Of a stretch of DNA of 64,000 bases, positions 1 to 13,345 are shown in pieces. Every line of letters starts with the position of its first letter. Positions within the stretch are counted from its first letter, which is position 1. Made by a program: the position numbers and the translations under genes. The notes under the pieces were generated by a model. That model ran no database searches and was not told where the DNA came from. It saw only the letters and a list, made by a program, of their open reading frames with translations. The stretch covers positions 124,001 through 188,000 of the forward strand of contig LSRY02000033.1 in NCBI GenBank assembly GCA_001643675.2, read 5' to 3'. Origin of the DNA: Monocercomonoides exilis PA203. Its lineage: Eukaryota; Protista; Preaxostyla.

Positions 1-3000
1 GGACGAGGCGGTAAAAAATGAACATGGGAAAGAATACCACTGGAAGATGAAGATGAAGAAGAAGAGGAAGAAGATGAATCTTGCGCATTCGACTCTGTTT
101 CTGATGTCATCACCGACGGAGGTAAGCCAACCTGGCGCTGCTGTGTGCTGTTGAATTGACTGCTCAGACTCAGCAGATTCGCCTGTTTCCCGTCCATTGA
201 AGACGACATAAACATCGCTACGTCTGCTGGCTGCACACTCTGCTTCTTCTTGTTCAGCAGCAGCTGCTCCTCCTTCAGAACAGCTGGATCCAAAATGCTC
301 GGAGAGTCTGAATGTGTTGAGCCTTCATTTTTAATCAACGACGAGTCATCCCCTCCGCATTTGGGGATGAAGAGAGAATATTGCTGTTCCATCCTCCCTT
401 CTGGACGCTGCACTGCCTCAGAAACAAGCGGGAAATCGACAAGATGGTTGCCTCCTGCCATTTTCACCCCATCCGCTGACAGATTCGATGCCTTGTCCAT
501 CCCTGCACCGTCTTCCAGCTCGATTTCGTTTCTTGTCAGGTTCTCTCCATTCATAATCCTCTCAGCCTCCATCAGCCTCTTCTGCACATGCTCCTTCTCA
601 CTCAAACACAATTGCAGCACAGACTCTCTCCTCGTTCGTGATATCTTTCTCACATTCAGATAGTACATCACCAGCACTGCCACACAGCACCCCACCGCTT
701 CTACTGCAATCAGCACCGTGGCAACAATTTCAGCTGTCTGCAAGTCTCTCGCCAGATCATCCAGCACACTCGTCAGCGTCTGCTTGAATGCCTCAGTGAC
801 ACCCACAGGTGCATTCAGCAGGATCAACAGAAGAGACTGCACTTCCTCTTCTGGTGACTCAATCTGCGTGTCAATCACAAAATGTCCCGCCGCAGCAAGC
901 TCGCCGACAAGATCGACAAGGCCAAATTTACTTGGGAAGAGATACACCACTTTTGAGGCAGCGTTCTGGATGGTGGAGACGGTTGAGAACAGATGCTCCT
1001 TCCAGCAGGAGAACTTGAGGGGCGTTTCGTCGTAGGCTTTTTTCAGGTAGTAGTTGATGTGAGAGGTGATAGTCTTCATCTGCTTGTGGAGGACGGGATC
1101 ATCATCTAGGAATGGGTGATCAGAAATGCTTTGGGTGAGGAGAACGTTTGGGCGGCTTGACGACGACGATGATGATGATTGAAATGAAGATGGGATGCTG
1201 GTAAGAGGAGGAGGAGAAGGTGGAAATGAATGTTGATCCATAAGTTGTGATGTATCAAGGGATTGAGATGATGAAACTTCAGAGTTGGATGAGCAGAGAG
1301 AGGAAAATTGGTTGTTATGATTTAGAGATGTCGATTGAAGTGAATTAGAAGAAAGATGTGGAGGTGTTGATTTGATTGGTGTTGAGGGAGATAAAGAAGA
1401 CAAAGAAGACAAAGAGGAATGAGAACAGGGAATAGAAGACAAATTCTCACTATGATTTAAATGAACTTTTTGATGAAATTCGCTCGAATAAAAATGAGTG
1501 TCAGAAGGTTGCAACAGATTTTGTGAAGTGGAAGAGGCTTTCTGACTAACAGGTTGAATTAAGTGATCTTTATTATTGTCAAAACTGCTGTTATTCTTTT
1601 TATTGTGAAGCGGAAGTGGATGTATTTGAAGAGGTGTATTTGACGTTGAAGCCAGATGAGATGACGTTCGAAGTGAATTGTCTGTAAATGGAAGTTTGTT
1701 TGTTGTTGGTGTTGATGTTGATGTTGATGATGTGGTTGTTGGTTTTGATGTTTGATGAAATGGGGGAGATGAATATATTTGAGAGGGATTTTGTGAAAAA
1801 GACGAAATGGAATCAGAAGAAGCTGCAACAACAGCTAAATACTGAACATTAGACTGTTCATCGATCACCTCCTGCGACTTGAAATGCTCTTCTAAAGAAG
1901 ATAAATATGATTGAGAACATATTACTCCCTCTTCCATCTGCACAGAATCTCCCGAAAGTGACGAGCTGTCAGGTGCAATGGCGTGGTGGATGAGGAAGTC
2001 GTGTGCGGTCACTGCCAGAGACGTGATGTGGAACGAGATGAATCCGATGTCGTGCAGGTTCTGCTGCACATGGATCGTGTTCTGTGCTTCGTACATCGCC
2101 AAACTGAAGGTGACGGTTAGCACAACCACATTCACCACCACCACCGACGTCAGCACCACCCGAAAGGCAACAGAGTGGCTGTGGTACTTCGATGTGTTCG
2201 CTGAACGCAGCATCATGTCCATGCTCCGCCGGTGGTGGAATGTCGTTGCTTTCTTCTGCCTCCCTTCACCCTCTTCTCCTTCTCCATCTCCATCTCCATC
2301 TCCTCCTCTTTCCTCCCCGTCTTCTTCCTCCTCTCTGCTCCACATTCTGTCTGTCACAGCACCTTGTCTCATCTGTCCCAGATATCCACTTCCAATCCCT
2401 CCTCCCAATCCAACCACTGAATAATGCGGCAGAAGCTCCGCACGTTCTCCAAACTGACTCCTCTTCGTCATCGTTCCTTCCTCGCTGTTGCGCCGTTGCG
2501 CCTCGCTTCGCACTGCAGTCGGAGAAAACAATGCCCCAAAGTTCGGATTAAACCCAGGCACAGAAGAAACTGGGTTTGTTGCCGTTGCTGTCATTGATGC
2601 CATTGCAATTCCTGTTGGCACTGGCAGTTGTTGTTGCGCTCCTGCTGCAAATGCTGGCTGTGGCTCAACTGCTCCTGCTGCTTCTATTCTGTTGCCTTGT
2701 GCATATGTCAGAATGGGTCGTCCAGCTTCATCCACTGCATGTTCAATACCTGTTTGATTTGCATTCATCAGTGGCTGGAAGCCAAAGTTCATCATATCCG
2801 CACCAGGAAGCGGAAGCAACGAAGGCGCATTCACTTTTTCCTCCATCTCCCTTGTCGATGTGATCCTTGCAGTCTCCTCCTTCTCGTACTCCAAAAGCAG
2901 CTCTCTCGCTCTTTCTCTCTCCAGTTCTTGTTTGTCAATCGCCTCAACCTCGTTTGCAAAGAGCTCTGCTGCTTCGACATCGCGGTAGACGCAGCTGAGC

Positions 3001-6000
3001 AAACGCGCCATCAGCCGCATGGCCACTGCAGAATCTGGGTGCTCCCGCAGAATGTCTGTCAGCAGCGTCAGCGAGCGGTGCGCATGCGACACGGCAGACA
3101 CCGCAAAGTACTCGATATGCGCCACGGGTATCTCAATTGGCATGATCCGGTTCTTCTTCGCATCTTCGCCGTCGGCTGAAGCAGCACTCGCTGCACTCGC
3201 AGCGGTGGCAGCAGCTGACTGGTGCGAAAGCAGCGCTGTCTGGTTGGAGCTGACTGAGTTGTGAGCAGAGAGCACTTGCTTCGACTGTGTCTGTGTTTGT
3301 GTCTGAGTCTGTGATGATATCTGCAACTGCATCTGCATTTGCGTCTGCTGCTTCTGCCGCGGAGAAAGCGCCGAGGCGACGGCTTTGGCGGTGCGTGGCG
3401 TTGCAAACTGCCGCTGGATGAACTCCTTCGCAGCAGCAAACAGCACCTCGTCGTCTGAGCGTGGGTCGTTGTCGTCTCCCTTTCCGCCAATCCCACCTCC
3501 TCCTCCACTCCCAACTCCAAACCCTCCCCCAAATCCTATTCCTCCTTCTCCTCTTCCTCCTTCCCTTCCTCCTTCCCTTCGTTCCTTCCCTCCTTTGCCA
3601 CCGCCGTATTTCAGCCCATTCCCATCGTTCTCCAGCGCTGTGTACAAATCCTGCCTTTCATCGTAGTTCTGCGCATCATCTCCTTCCAGTGACCTGCTCA
3701 GCTGCATCCACAAGCACGCAATGTAGTTCACTGCCTTTTCGCACTCCCCTTTTGCCTCCCTCAAATTGCGCACAGTTTCTGCCTCATTGTTCAGCAGCAC
3801 GCCTCCAAATCTGTTCGCCTCGTCGCTGTTGATCGCTTCGATCTCTCTGATTTGCGAGTAGATGAGCCACTGGTCCATCAGATACGGGAACAAAATCTGC
3901 GACATCCTCAGCAGCCTCAGTGCCCGCTCAGTATTGTGTGCGAAGGAGCGCTGGAAGAGCGCGTATTGGATGAGTAGCGTGGGTGACGCGGGAAACTGGT
4001 GCATGCCGATCTGGTAAATCGCATCGGCGAACGAGAAGTAGCTGCTTTGGCGCCGAAGAGCCTGCACTTGCATAAACCGCGTGGCTGGCTCTATCTCGCG
4101 AACAGCGCGGAACTTGCGGAGAATGAGCTTGTGTGGCTGAGGTGGCTGGTTCAATGGCTGTTGTGAAGGAGCGTTTGTGGAAGGCGCTTTGTGGAGAAGA
4201 GGCTGCTGGGAACGAGGAGTGGACGAGTGAGAGGAGGAAGGAGCGGTCAAAGCAGATATTGATGACAGATTGGAAGGAAGAGGAGGAGAAAAGGCAGGAG
4301 CTGCAAGAGAAGATGGAGAGGATGTGTGAAAAGAAGAAGGAAAAGAAGTCGAAGAAGCAGCCGGGCGAACCTGGAAAGAAGAGGCAGAAGATGAAGAAGG
4401 CGAGAACAAAGCAGAAGGAATAGACGACTGAGTTAGTGAAATGTTGGCTTGTGAAGCAGGGCTGGAGATGGAAGACAGAGGAGGAGAGAAGACAAGGGCA
4501 TCTGGAGACAGCTTAACAGGCGGGATTGGCCGTCGCTGATGCTGTGAATGGGAATGCGAATGAAAATGAGAATGCGACTGTGAGTGTGTCTGTGTTTGTG
4601 TCTGTGATTGTGGATGAGAAAGAGAAGGAGAAGGCTTCTCCAGCGCCTTGAACTCAAAGAAAGCGCGGTCGTGCTGGACGAACTGAGGAGGAATCTGCCA
4701 TAAATTCTGTTGTTGTTGTTGTTGTTGTATTTGCTGTGATTGTTGTGTTTGCAACTGCATCTGCATCTGCATTTGAAGTTGCATCTGATGTTGTTGTTGC
4801 TGCTGTTGCTGCTGCTGCTGGAATGGGAAGTGCGACTGGTACACTTGTAGAGGAGACAACAAGGCCAGTGTGCGAGGAGTAGGAGCAGAGCTCTGCGGCT
4901 CGCTGGGCAAGAATATCGCCTGCAGCGAAGACGACTGAGACGGGTGGCACTGCAGCGAGTGCGACTTCGCTGAGAATCCGCTCGATTCAGCGTCGGAAGA
5001 AGAGATTGCAGCAGTGGCAGCAGCAGTAGCAGCAGCAGATGAAGTGGCAAAGGCGTCTTCCTCTCTTCCAGGCATCATGCTTGTCTCCTCATCTGTTCCC
5101 GAAGCATAGCCCGTTCCGCAGGCTCCGTTCGCTCCGCCGGATGCGCCTCCGCTTTCTTTGGGGCCAAGCTGATCAATCATCTCAAACAGCGTATGATATC
5201 CGTGATCTTTCTTCTTCTTTCTGATTTGCGGAATGGCATTGTTGCCCGCAATAGCCCACATGCTCTTGCTTTTCTTCGACGCAGCCACGCCCACCACAGC
5301 TGCAAATGCTGGGACAGCCACAAAAAACGCTGCCCAGAAAGCAATCCGCTGGGAAAGGTTGAGCGTAGAGGAGTAAGGAGAAGCTGTTTCCAGCAAGGAT
5401 GTAGGGGTATGTGGATCGGAGTTGGCGCATGCAGCGATAGCAAATGCACTGACTGCTGTGGGGATTGCATGCAGCACGGTTGTTGCTGTGTTGCCTATGC
5501 AAGTGTAAAACGGCTGCTTCCAAAAGCAATAAACAGTCAGCAGTGCCGAGCAGCTGCAGCAAACAATGGCTTGCGCCAAGTGTTGTGAAGGTATCACACA
5601 GCAAATAATCGCAAAACAGCACATGCAAAGCTGTGATAAAAATGCAAATTCTCCAGATGCGCAAGCAAAGGGTCCTTGATGTTTCATTTGAGGAGCAAAA
5701 ACAAAAGCAGAAACAGAAAACGCAAGAATAAGATATAATCCTGTTGCAATTATCGAAATGATAAATGCTGCAAAATTAAATGTCTGAAAGCAATAAATGT
5801 CTCCAAAATGAAGCAGTGTGCCATCGTTGTTGCATATCGTTGGAGCCAAAAGAACGTTGAGAATTGGAACAGGAAGCATTCTTGTTAAAGATAAAACAAT
5901 ATATCTCAAAGAAGATATGACAGACAAGTTGAAATGTTTATTTGATGATACTCTTCTCGCAAGAAAAATCGTAATACCAAATAGGAGAGCAACAATTGCA

Positions 6001-6475
6001 ACAACAATTATGAATGGTATGTACATATAGTACTGATTCCCTTTCATCACTGAAAAAGTCGTAATATATCCAGCAATTTGATTAAGTTTATAAGGATTCC
6101 CAACAGGCCAAATAACATTTTGAAAAAGCAATGCGATGATCTCTAACTGACAGAAAAATAGTGTGAAGCATTGAAATAAAACATTCGTTTCTCTTCCCTG
6201 TAAAATGGTATTCAAAAGAGCAAAAAAAAGTGTATAACATTTTTTAAAAAACATTTGCAATTGCAATAAACTAAAAAGTCAAACCTTTGATATTCCAAAC
6301 ATCCATGAAAAAATACTATGAAAAAATACAAAAATTTAAGAAAAACAATTAAATTTTAGTCTATAAAAGCATATTTATCATACACTCGATTAATTTTGCT
6401 GGACGTTGAAGTTTTAGTTACTTCAAACTCACTTTCATCATCAAATACTGCCCTTACATCTGCAGAAGGGGGCAT
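1..6475 (-). CDS. TmcB/TmcC-like (tiny macrocysts-type) polytopic membrane protein with TPR-like region; 3' end lies outside the window
   Basis: Manual translation. ATG at 6475 (MPPSADVRAVFDDESEFE), two short GT-AG introns, then a large exon from 6197. Its frame was confirmed at ~6.2-5.5 kb, ~4.1 kb and the window edge, but not codon by codon throughout. N-terminal multi-TM region (QLEIIALLFQ...YIPFIIVVAIVALLFG...RMLPVPILNVLL...WKQPFYTCIGN). Tmc-type helical motif at ~3840-4140: EIEPATRFMQ...FADAIYQIGMHQFPASPTLLIQYALFQRSF. Further TM pairs near 2100-2250 and 660-760. Absent from the ORF track, consistent with having no stop codon inside the window. Confidence 0.8.
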
Positions 6476-7554
6476 AAACACAGGACAGTTTTGAATAATA
6501 TTTATTTATGGGACAATAAATTAATAGAAAATCTTTGATGAAACTTATATTTATAAAAATCCATTTCATTTTTTTTTTTTTATTCTCTTTTTTTTTTTGG
6601 GAATATATTCATTTAATCCAGTTTATCAATTGTTTTGAATGCTACCAAGATTCTTGCTTATTGAAATAGATAATATTGTATATGTGATAATTTTATTCTG
6701 ACACATCGAAATCAATAGAGACAACTCTTTATTTCACGATCAAAATTTTTTAGTTTGAAATTATTTCGTTGTATTATTAAAGATGCTCTGTTACTGGACG
6801 AAAAGTTTTTGCCTTTTCAATCCGTTTTTAATTGGATTACGAATAAAAAAATAAACAAGCTGAAATATTCATCATTTTTCATCTGAACTAATGATTCAAA
6901 TAAATTCATATCTTTTCTTTACTTGAGACTTCTTGTTCTTCATTGCACATTTTCGCCTCAAGTTTTTTTTATTTTTATTTTAATTTTTATTTTGAATCTT
7001 TATTTGGCTCTATTTGAAAATTCTGTTTTGGTTTCGTTCTTCTATCTTTGAAATCAAGTGGTGCTGTTCATTGCCAAATGGCTTCCTGCAATTCTTTTCT
7101 TCCATGAGAACTATTTTCATACTGATGCAATAAAATAAATGTATCTTTAACAATTGATGTGCTTTTCTGAATCAAAAAGTACAATTTGTGAAATCACATG
7201 GAAGGTTAAAGCAAAAAGAGTATTGATTGAATGAAAATTTTTACTCCACCAATTGAGAACAATTTGACTACTTTGTTCTTTCAGAGTGAGCGTGACTATT
7301 CTATTTTCTTTTTCAACTGCTTTATCACTTTTCATAATTTTCAAATGTGTTATACTGAACAACATCTCCATGTCAGTCATACAACAGTCAAAAATCTCAA
7401 CAACTTTACCAGTCACTCCTATGCTGCTGAACGTGGCGAAAATAAGTCAATCTCTCCGTTGAACGAATCATGTGTCCCTGATTCTGCGATCGCACTGCCT
7501 CAGTTAATACTCAATAAGCAACGCCTTTAACCGCCCAGCACAATCGCAAATGAT

Positions 7555-8570
7555 TAGGGTCAACTATTTAATGTGACTTTTTCCTTTATTGGCACTTTTT
7601 TCATTTTCGATAACAAAAAGCTGAGAATTGTGAAATGGCTTTCAGCATTTGGATAACCGATTTTAACAAAGTTGATTCAATTTATTACCGGTTTGTTTTT
7701 TAATTTTTGATTATTATTTAATGAGATATTACGTTTTTTTGATAAATTTGAATTAGTTTTTCCCATTCAACCAAGCATTTCTAGAAAATGAAAAATACTG
7801 TTTTCAAAAGCACTAACTATTATCAAATTATTTTTAAATTCTTTTTTTTTCACAAACACTTTTTTCTTGTTTTTTTCACATTTCATTTTTTTTACAACAT
7901 GCAAACATAAAACTGATTGTTTCTTTGTAAATATTATGAATTGATAAAAATAAAAATATGATATGAAAAACAAATACTCTTTTAATGATGTGTTATTAAA
8001 GTTGAGTAACATAATATTCTAATCGTCAAGAACTCATCAAAATAACAAAATTTAGATCACAGATCATTTTCTGTTGGTGCCATTTGTCTGTAAAAAAGGG
8101 AAATAGAAAAAATTAATACTCAACTTTAATAACACATCATTAAAAGAGTATTTGTTTTTCATATCATATTTTTATTTTTATCAATTCATAATATTTACAA
8201 AGAAACAATCAGTTTTATGTTTGCATGTTGTAAAAAAAATGAAATGTGAAAAAAACAAGAAAAAAGTGTTTGTGAAAAAAAAAGAATTTAAAAATAATTT
8301 GATAATAGTTAGTGCTTTTGAAAACAGTATTTTTCATTTTCTAGAAATGCTTGGTTGAATGGGAAAAACTAATTCAAATTTATCAAAAAAACGTAATATC
8401 TCATTAAATAATAATCAAAAATTAAAAAACAAACCGGTAATAAATTGAATCAACTTTGTTAAAATCGGTTATCCAAATGCTGAAAGCCATTTCACAATTC
8501 TCAGCTTTTTGTTATCGAAAATGAAAAAAGTGCCAATAAAGGAAAAAGTCACATTAAATAGTTGACACTA
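7555..8570. mobile_element. Foldback/MITE-like element with 450-bp inverted arms, TA-flanked (Tc1/mariner-type non-autonomous)
   Basis: Arms 7559-8008 and 8117-8566 are reverse complements (identical wherever compared), with a 108-bp spacer. Ends read TA|GGGTCAACTATTTAATGTGAC ... GTCACATTAAATAGTTGACAC|TA. No transposase. Confidence 0.8.
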
Positions 8571-9103
8571 TATATAGCTTTGAAAGGAATGCTTTGGTGA
8601 AAAAGCATTAACGGCAGAAGATAACAAATCAAGAAGAAGAAGAATACAAAATGGCAAAATATTATTCCTAATTGCAGTAAGCGCATCTGGTCACAGACAA
8701 ATGATAACAATCTGTCCAAACAAAAAATCCACAGTTGTCCACTTGCCAATATTGCTTTTTTGCACAAATTCGATATCCATATTCGTATTTGTTCGCATCC
8801 ATCATAACAACTGCAAATTGTACTGTTTTCAACTTAAAGAAAAATCATTGCTTTTATTTGAGGAACCAATGGTGGTACGTTCAACAGAGAAAATTTCTAA
8901 TTATCAATGCTATTGCCATATGCCAAATTCTCTCCCATTAACAACCAATGACCTGTTTTCGATATTGCCAAATTTTTTTTTCATCCAAAATCATCCCAAA
9001 TTGCTCCCATGTCTTATTTTCCAAAAGGTGTCAGATTTGGACTGATCTTCCTTTTTAATAGAATTTCATCACATATATTTCATCCAAAAAATAATTAAGT
9101 TAA

Positions 9104-11302
9104 TACCATTGGTGCTTAACCCGCACCCTGGTGCCAAACCAGCACCCTGCAAATTTCTTGAAAATAGAAAAATATATTTTTGCTTTTCAAAGAAGTTCAT
9201 TGATGGTGAATTTTCTTAAAACTTGTTTAAAAAAATATTATATTTTATTTTTTTTATAAAAAAACTTTCAAAAAGATGAATTTTCGAAATTTTTGTTTGG
9301 AAGAGAGCTTTTAAGCTATAAACTGAAAAAGCAAAAAAGTTAAACTTTGGAAAGATCTTAAATGTTGTTCATTAATAGATTTTCAAAGATTTCGTCAGTT
9401 TTTGATGATTTGAAGCATTCCCTGATATTTTCCACCTTTTTATCATTTGATCGATCCCATTAAGATGAGAAAAATGAATCGAAAGTTCAGCAGTTACTTT
9501 GAAAGGGGTTTGTGAGAGTTGTTTCTTATGTTTTTCAATGAAAACTTTCTTTTATTATTATGGAGACTCGAAATTTCTTCGATTTATTCGTACGTTTTAT
9601 TGTTTTTGTTGGATAGTACTTTTTTGTTATATCCGCAAAAATTATTGAAAGTTTTTTTATATATTCTGTTAATGTTAAAATCATTCTGTTGCACATTCAT
9701 TGTTGAAACTTTCTAAGTATAGATATGTTTTATTTATATGTTTTGATGAATATTATATTTTTGTCGTTTATGAATGAATAATCCATCAAATCCTAATTAT
9801 TATTTTTATTTAATATACGTGTCAAACTATAACTGTGCATGTTTTATTTACTGGTTGCAAATATTTCATTTCAATAATATTGAAGCTTTTTGTTTTTATT
9901 GAAATTTTTAAATAAGACTGTTTTTTTTAGAGTAACAAATTTTTGATAATAGTTGTGCTGTTAGACATTTGATATTGTATTTGTAGTTTATGTATTTTAA
10001 ATAATATTTAAAGTGTATTGTTTTATTCAAAGCAATTCCAACAATGCTATAAATGTGTTTTCAATTTGGAAAAGTTACGAAAAGAATAAAATATGAAACG
10101 GAATGTTAATTAAACGAAAAGTTCATTAATGTTATATATAAATATTACAGAATTGCCAAAATATTGCTTTCATTTTTTTCGGTAAAAGAATCATCAATTA
10201 AACACTTCAATAACATGAAATCCTTGGATTAATTCAAGAACTTGAAAATTGGTTATTTTGTAAAGTTATTTCCTTTTTTGGTTTTTGAAATTTAAATACG
10301 TTCATCGTTCAGTTTTATAATATGAAAGTGGAATTTGTATTTGAAATGAAATGAAAAGAAATATTTCTGCAGACAAAACGCAAGTAAAATATTAAAAACT
10401 GAATGATGATTTTTGTGATGTGTCCATATAAATACCATTTTTTAGCAATTCAGCAAATACTGAAGTGAAATAGAAACAAAAAATCGGAAAAACTTTTAAT
10501 TTTAAGAAATATTAAAATGATTGCAAACACAGAACGATGAAAAAAATATTGTTTTAAAATTGTGTCAACAGTTAATAAATGAATGTCATTTCGAAAAAAC
10601 AACGTAAGTTGATAAATGTTGTCAATATCGCTAAATTTTTCATTTTTAAATTTGACTCAGAAAACACTAATAATTGCAAGTATTATCCAAAATTAACAAT
10701 TAAAATATAATGCAAATCTTGTTTTAATTAATGTCACAGAATGTTCAACAGCAATATAAATGATTTTGAACAATAAAAAACTATCAAACACTTGATATAC
10801 AAACAATAAAACGTACGAATAAATCGAAGAAATTTCGAGTCTCCATAATAATAAAAGAAAGTTTTCATTGAAAAACATAAGAAACAACTCTCACAAACCC
10901 CTTTCAAAGTAACTGCTGAACTTTCGATTCATTTTTCTCATCTTAATGGGATCGATCAAATGATAAAAAGGTGGAAAATATCAGGGAATGCTTCAAATCA
11001 TCAAAAACTGACGAAATCTTTGAAAATCTATTAATGAACAACATTTAAGATCTTTCCAAAGTTTAACTTTTTTGCTTTTTCAGTTTATAGCTTAAAAGCT
11101 CTCTTCCAAACAAAAATTTCGAAAATTCATCTTTTTGAAAGTTTTTTTATAAAAAAAATAAAATATAATATTTTTTTAAACAAGTTTTAAGAAAATTCAC
11201 CATCAATGAACTTCTTTGAAAAGCAAAAATATATTTTTCTATTTTCAAGAAATTTGCAGGGTGCTGGTTTGGCACCAGGGTGCGGGTTAAGCACCAATGG
11301 TA
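9104..11302. mobile_element. Non-autonomous TIR DNA transposon, ~500-bp TIRs, TA target duplication (Tc1/mariner/pogo-like)
   Basis: Arms 9102-9605 and 10801-11304 are reverse complements. Ends read TA|CCATTGGTGC ... GCACCAATGG|TA. Two 19-bp subterminal direct repeats in each arm (9111-9129, 9130-9148). AT-rich ~1.2-kb interior with no long ORF. Confidence 0.85.
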
Positions 11303-11951
11303 TTTTTGATCTCTCGTCAAATAAAAAATTTGAAAAGAACTACTATCATGTTATCTTATCTGCTAATTGAAAGATTTTATGAAACTCATTATATTCCCAT
11401 TCTGCTCTGTTAAGCGAATATTACCGCATTTTAATAATTGAACATATTCCTGGCTTTGAAAAGGCGATAGACGGAACTATCTCAAAATGAATGGTAAAAA
11501 ATAAAATTTACATTCATTGATATACTTCCATTCAACATTTCAGCAATTGAATTTCTTTCAAAGATGATGTTCATAAAAATCATCAAGCCCAATTCCATCA
11601 TTGATTCCCCGCAGTCGCTGCCTCGTACCACCACACAAAATAATATTGAATATCCTGCATAATACATTCACTCCCAATATATCATCCTTGGAATGGATAA
11701 TAGCGTTAAAAGAAAGTGATTCGATCACATTATCCATTACAAATAATGAAATTATAAAAAATCATTGAGATTTTTCTTAAACCGAACCCAAAAACCCTTC
11801 AAATTGAATGATATGAACGCGTTTTTATTTCTGTTTCAATATAGAGTTTTTATTAAACTCTTGCCTTTTCTTTCCAAACATCTTCACATAAAATATGAAT
11901 AAAAAACTTTTTTTGTTTTCTTATTTCTTTGAATTCTAAAAAATATAGGAT

Positions 11952-13345
11952 ATGACTATCGCCAAACAATTCACAAGTTTGCAATCGTTGTCACATTTGA
12001 ATCCTTGATTATTGGGCTTTTTTCTTTTTCTGTTTTTATTGGAGAATTGCTTTCTGAACTGGATGATTGCGATGAGGATGGCCAAAAACAGAAAATTGAA
12101 GAAATGGATACGATTATGAACGTTATGGATGAAAAAGAATTTGAATCTGTATTTACAGAGGAATTGTTCAATAAAATAGATAAAATGATTGAAAATAAAA
12201 ACATGACGTTGGACAATGCCATTTTGCTGATGAAGCACATTGGGCATTGGAATGATCTGAAAGAAATTTTCGTTCAGACCTTTGATAATTCATCATTGAA
12301 CAAAAGAGTTCAAGAGATGATTGTTGAAGAAGATAAGAAAAAAGAAGAAAAGGATGAAAAGCTTCTTGTAGACCTTTGTGAATGTTATCTTTTATTCAAC
12401 CCTTTCGCATCATCGGAAATAATATCTATTTGTATGCATTGTCTCCTGAAAGTTGCGCTGAAGAAAGAGGAAAACGTGGAAACGCAAAAAGACGTGGAAA
12501 TGGCTTTGCTTGCGTTTGGCACTATTTGGTATTGTGTATGAGCACTTCTGTTGTATTTTTGAACATTATTGGAATCTTTTGTTTCTTTCTTGTTTTTGAT
12601 AAGAAAACGGAGGAAGACCAATATTTGGATGAAATCAAAGAAATCGTCCAATATCATAAAGGACATCGCAATCTCACTCAGCTTGCCTATCAACCTGCTT
12701 GGGAGTTATTAATAAACCAAATGTACTTTGATAGTAGTTTTGGAGACGTTGTTGTGAATGAGCTGCATTTAGGAAGAGAAGCAGCAAGAGAATTAGAAGC
12801 GCTATCAAAATGCATCAACTTGAAAAGACGAGAAAAAAAAAAAAGAACTTTTTGTTTTGATAAGATGGCTCGAAACGTTGGACTCTTTCTTTGATTCATG
12901 CAAGTTGTGGGATGAAGAATGTGCCGAGCTTATCAGCCGCATTGAGAGGATGTTTTGGGTGGCAAGAGAAAACGATAGAATAATAAGCAATAAATGCATT
13001 TGCGCGTTTGGAAGTGCAGCGTTGAACAGAACTGTAGCAATTGGCGACTTGTTGATTGAAGGTGTTGTTGGTGCAGTTTTGGAGGGTATGCTGCAATCAA
13101 ATGATGAATACTCACGAATTGACGTTTGTTTATTATTTTTCGAAAATGTTGCCGATAGATTGAAAGACAAGGAGGAAAAGGAGAGCGAGGAGGCAAAACG
13201 AAAAGAGATGAAGAGAAAGGTGTTTGAAAAGAAGGAGGAAGAAGGATATGAAGATTGGGTGATGGGGCTGAGCTTTTGCACCGCTAAAGGAAGCCATGAA
13301 ATATTTTTGATTGAAAGATATTCAGATCATTTTATTTATTTGTAA
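11952..13345 (+). CDS. Multicopy helical orphan-family protein, copy A; 2 introns and one frameshift at an A12 run (pseudogene or homopolymer error)
   Basis: ATG 11952 (MTIAKQFTK/LLSELDDCDEDGQKQKIEEM), intron 11977-12044, second intron ~12536-12603, frame change at the A-run 12833-12844, stop 13345. Shares motifs with copy B: LLV.LCECYL, CLLKVAL.KEE, YL.EIKEI..YH..H.NLT.LAY..AWE.LI, NELH...EA.RELE.LS, EEEGYED. Confidence 0.8.

Larger units (their letters stand above)
7030..11750 (-). pseudogene. Possible decayed coding sequence in three pieces (~7030-7550, ~8570-9100, ~11305-11750) separated by the two inverted-repeat elements
   Basis: These segments are higher in GC and more coding-like than the flanking spacer but give only short broken ORFs (7147-7416, 8549-8767, 11482-11667). 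No product recognised. Confidence 0.25.

Noticed and set aside
250-6030. Many short ORFs on both strands
   Set aside because: Antisense or alternate-frame shadows of the Tmc-like gene.
9606-10800. Transposase inside the TIR element
   Set aside because: No long ORF or DDE/DDD motif visible.
7767-10887. Duplicated small ORFs 7767-8012/8152-8358 and 9519-9716/10693-10887
   Set aside because: They are mirror images produced by the inverted arms; AT-rich, with no protein features.
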